DNA of 64,000 nucleotides from Naegleria gruberi (Eukaryota): NCBI GenBank assembly GCA_000004985.1, contig GG738868.1; one strand, 5' to 3'. Shown piece by piece: positions 62,077 to 64,000 of this stretch (position 1 is its first letter; each line of letters starts with the position of its first letter). The notes under the pieces were generated by a model. It saw only the letters and a program-made list of their open reading frames with translations, ran no database searches and was not told where the DNA came from. The position numbers and the translations under genes were made by a program.

Positions 62077-62700
62077 TTTTATTTTTTAAAACTTTGACTG
62101 CATGAACGGTGAGAAATAAAAATCGAAGTAGACCCAAATCAATTGGGTCCGCTCAATTTTTTTGTGCTGGTTATAGCACAGAAGAGTTGGTGATCCATAT
62201 GCTACAAATCGACAGCCATATTTACTGGCCTTTAAAGTGATCATGAATCCTCAAAATGTTGTGGTTTTCGAATTTAAAAAGGAAAATTGATAAAGTTCAC
62301 CTAATACAAACCTTGAACATTCAAGTTCAATGAATTATATTCAAGTTCAAGGTTTAATGTTTTAAAATTTTTTAATTTCATATTCAAAAAAATGTCTCGT
62401 GTGGTTTATACAAAAACCACCAAAGCTTCCAATACTCAGCAACAACAAAAAAATAATCAAACCAAAACGGAAGATAAGAAAGATAAGAAGAAGGATAATA
62501 AGAGTGAACCAGAGAAGAAGCCTTTTCCGGGACAAGGTAGAAAACTTGGAGATTAATGATGGTTCGGAAAATTTGTGATTGTTGCAATAATTAATTTTAA
62601 AATTATTATTATCATCAAATATTCTTTTAATGTCGTATGTATGGAAGAAGAGGCGAAATTAATTCTAGAAGATTTGCCGATTAAAATTAAATTTTAGGAA

Positions 62701-63954
62701 TTATTTACTTTTATTCTTTGGTGGAGATTTTCTGGAGTGGATACTAAAGAAGAAGACACCTTGGAAACTCAAAATTATTCCTATCCATCCGAAGAGACTG
62801 AATGAGACTCCGAAAAAAGCAAAGCTAATGAGCAGGGTTAATAATTTGTAGGTGGTATTTGCAATGGATATGGAAGTGTTAGATGTCAATCGAAGAAGGA
62901 AAAAATAAGATAATCCAATGAAGAAACCAAAAGCAGAGGTCATTAAAAGTGAAAACCAAATGAATGGAGAGTTCAATAGTTGAAAAGAGTTTGTTATGGA
63001 CAACATGTCATCTTTAACCATGAGAATTATCATCAGCAATGGAATTGACAAGAGATTTCTTGTGAAATTCATTCCAGCAGGAGTTTGACCTTGAAGATAA
63101 TTGTACAACAACCGTTTTTCAATCATTGGAATAGCCACAGAGCAACAAGTATTGAGAATAATCCAATGAAATCCTTGCCAATCAAGACTAAAGTCATAAA
63201 TACTGTAAAATACTCCTCCAAGGAATATTGATATTAGAGAACTAACAACTTGGAAATCTATGGAATATCCAAAAACTGTCATATCCAGAATGGCAGTTAT
63301 CATGGGCACTAAATTTCTAATAATTGTGAACAAACTCACACTTGTCAACCTTAAACCTTCCAGAGATGTCCATGTCAACAAAACAAAGAACATGCTAGAG
63401 GGTAACTGATAGGCGAAATCTCTCCACATTGGATATTTGAATGGGAAAACCCCAACATGATTGAATATCACAAAGAATAAGAGTGAAACTACATTCTGAA
63501 TCATAATGACAAGTAGAGGTGATGAAAAGTTCATTGACAAGTACTTGTTAGCAAGTGTTAGTGTGATTGAGCAAGTTCCTTGAACAACCATCCAGAACCA
63601 TGCCTTTGAGAAGAGCGAATCATTTTTCACAAGCATTAAGGGTATAATATTTGATGAGTGTTCCTCTCGTTTTGAAGTATAATCTTTAACAAAATCTGTA
63701 TCCGATATGTAATGACCATTTTCATTCACTAAAGAATAATCAGATGCGTCATGTGATGATTGAATATTTAATTGTATCATGGCCATTCTTTTCACACTTT
63801 CAAAATCACTAATTCCAATCTCGGAATCGATCACAATACATTCTCCGTACAGTGTTTTAATTTCAAATTGAAAATAATCTAATAAATTATTTCGATGATC
63901 CAAATCTATTAAGGTTGATGATCTGATCTCTTTTGACCCTTGGTGTGGAATCAT
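62701..63954 (-). CDS. Multi-pass membrane transporter, drug/metabolite (DMT) superfamily-like (nucleotide-sugar/TPT-type)
   Basis: 417 aa. About 120-aa soluble N-terminus, then 9-10 hydrophobic helices in a TPT/SLC35-like arrangement. ATG at 63954-63952. Confidence 0.45.
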   Translation of the reverse strand: MIPHQGSKEIRSSTLIDLDHRNNLLDYFQFEIKTLYGECIVIDSEIGISDFESVKRMAMIQLNIQSSHDASDYSLVNENGHYISDTDFVKDYTSKREEHSSNIIPLMLVKNDSLFSKAWFWMVVQGTCSITLTLANKYLSMNFSSPLLVIMIQNVVSLLFFVIFNHVGVFPFKYPMWRDFAYQLPSSMFFVLLTWTSLEGLRLTSVSLFTIIRNLVPMITAILDMTVFGYSIDFQVVSSLISIFLGGVFYSIYDFSLDWQGFHWIILNTCCSVAIPMIEKRLLYNYLQGQTPAGMNFTRNLLSIPLLMIILMVKDDMLSITNSFQLLNSPFIWFSLLMTSAFGFFIGLSYFFLLRLTSNTSISIANTTYKLLTLLISFAFFGVSFSLFGWIGIILSFQGVFFFSIHSRKSPPKNKSK

Positions 63955-64000
63955 TTTTTAGGTGTGAAGATATCATCTAATAGAACAGATATCGCCAAAG

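Noticed and set aside
1-64000. Prokaryotic-style interpretation (operons, defence islands, CRISPR, integrases)
   Set aside because: The window shows spliceosomal introns with conserved phases, Pol III genes without CCA and with T-run terminators, and eukaryote-specific proteins (PTEN, PIAS, TRAPPC5, RPS7, RAD6). No repeat-spacer arrays or recombinase genes were seen.

Overview
Eukaryotic nuclear DNA, AT-rich (about 30% GC) and gene-dense, with genes on both strands. Many proteins carry Ser/Asn/acidic low-complexity runs. Introns are short spliceosomal GT-AG (37-133 nt) with GTATGT/GTAAGT/GTGAGT/GTAGGT donors, and at least two carry a CTAAC-type branch point. Several genes had to be reassembled from two to five ORF-track pieces. 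I read about 40 protein-coding genes, a dispersed 5S rRNA, a tRNA-Thr(AGU) and a degraded protein-kinase pseudogene. Most are housekeeping or signalling eukaryotic genes: an ERCC6/Rad26-like SNF2 ATPase (3' end outside the window), DCAF11/WDR23, an HP1-like chromodomain protein, RPS7, PPC decarboxylase, WDR18/Ipi3, an ABCG half-transporter, PTEN (5 exons), a Siz/PIAS SUMO ligase, OSBP, COMMD, TRAPPC5, a p47phox-like PX-SH3-SH3 protein, a histidine acid phosphatase, an alsin-like MORN-VPS9 protein, ALG5 and RAD6. The stretch worth a second look is 55.6-59.7 kb: a cytosolic class-II Fic (AMPylase-type) gene transcribed divergently from a gene that fuses a variant UBC (E2) core to an F-box, followed 200 bp downstream by a stand-alone plant-type E2/DYW cytidine-deaminase gene with all catalytic zinc ligands and no PPR array. 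Two of these three genes are uninterrupted single ORFs (the DYW 5' end may carry a 30-nt intron, see findings), yet they sit in ordinary, intron-bearing eukaryotic context. Other points: a palindromic E2F-type motif (TTTGGCGCCAAA / AAAATGGCGCCATTTT) recurs 80-115 bp upstream of three DNA-damage/chromatin genes; a 23-bp perfect inverted repeat (MITE- or cruciform-like) lies in a promoter; three F-box genes cluster, one frameshifted, one with a BRCT N-terminus; a secreted protein combines RCC1-like repeats with an EGF module. Nothing prokaryotic, CRISPR-like or transposon-like was seen. The organism cannot be named from sequence alone; the fungal-style introns, acidic-tailed RAD6 and a stand-alone DYW gene fit an early-diverging fungus or amoeboid protist.
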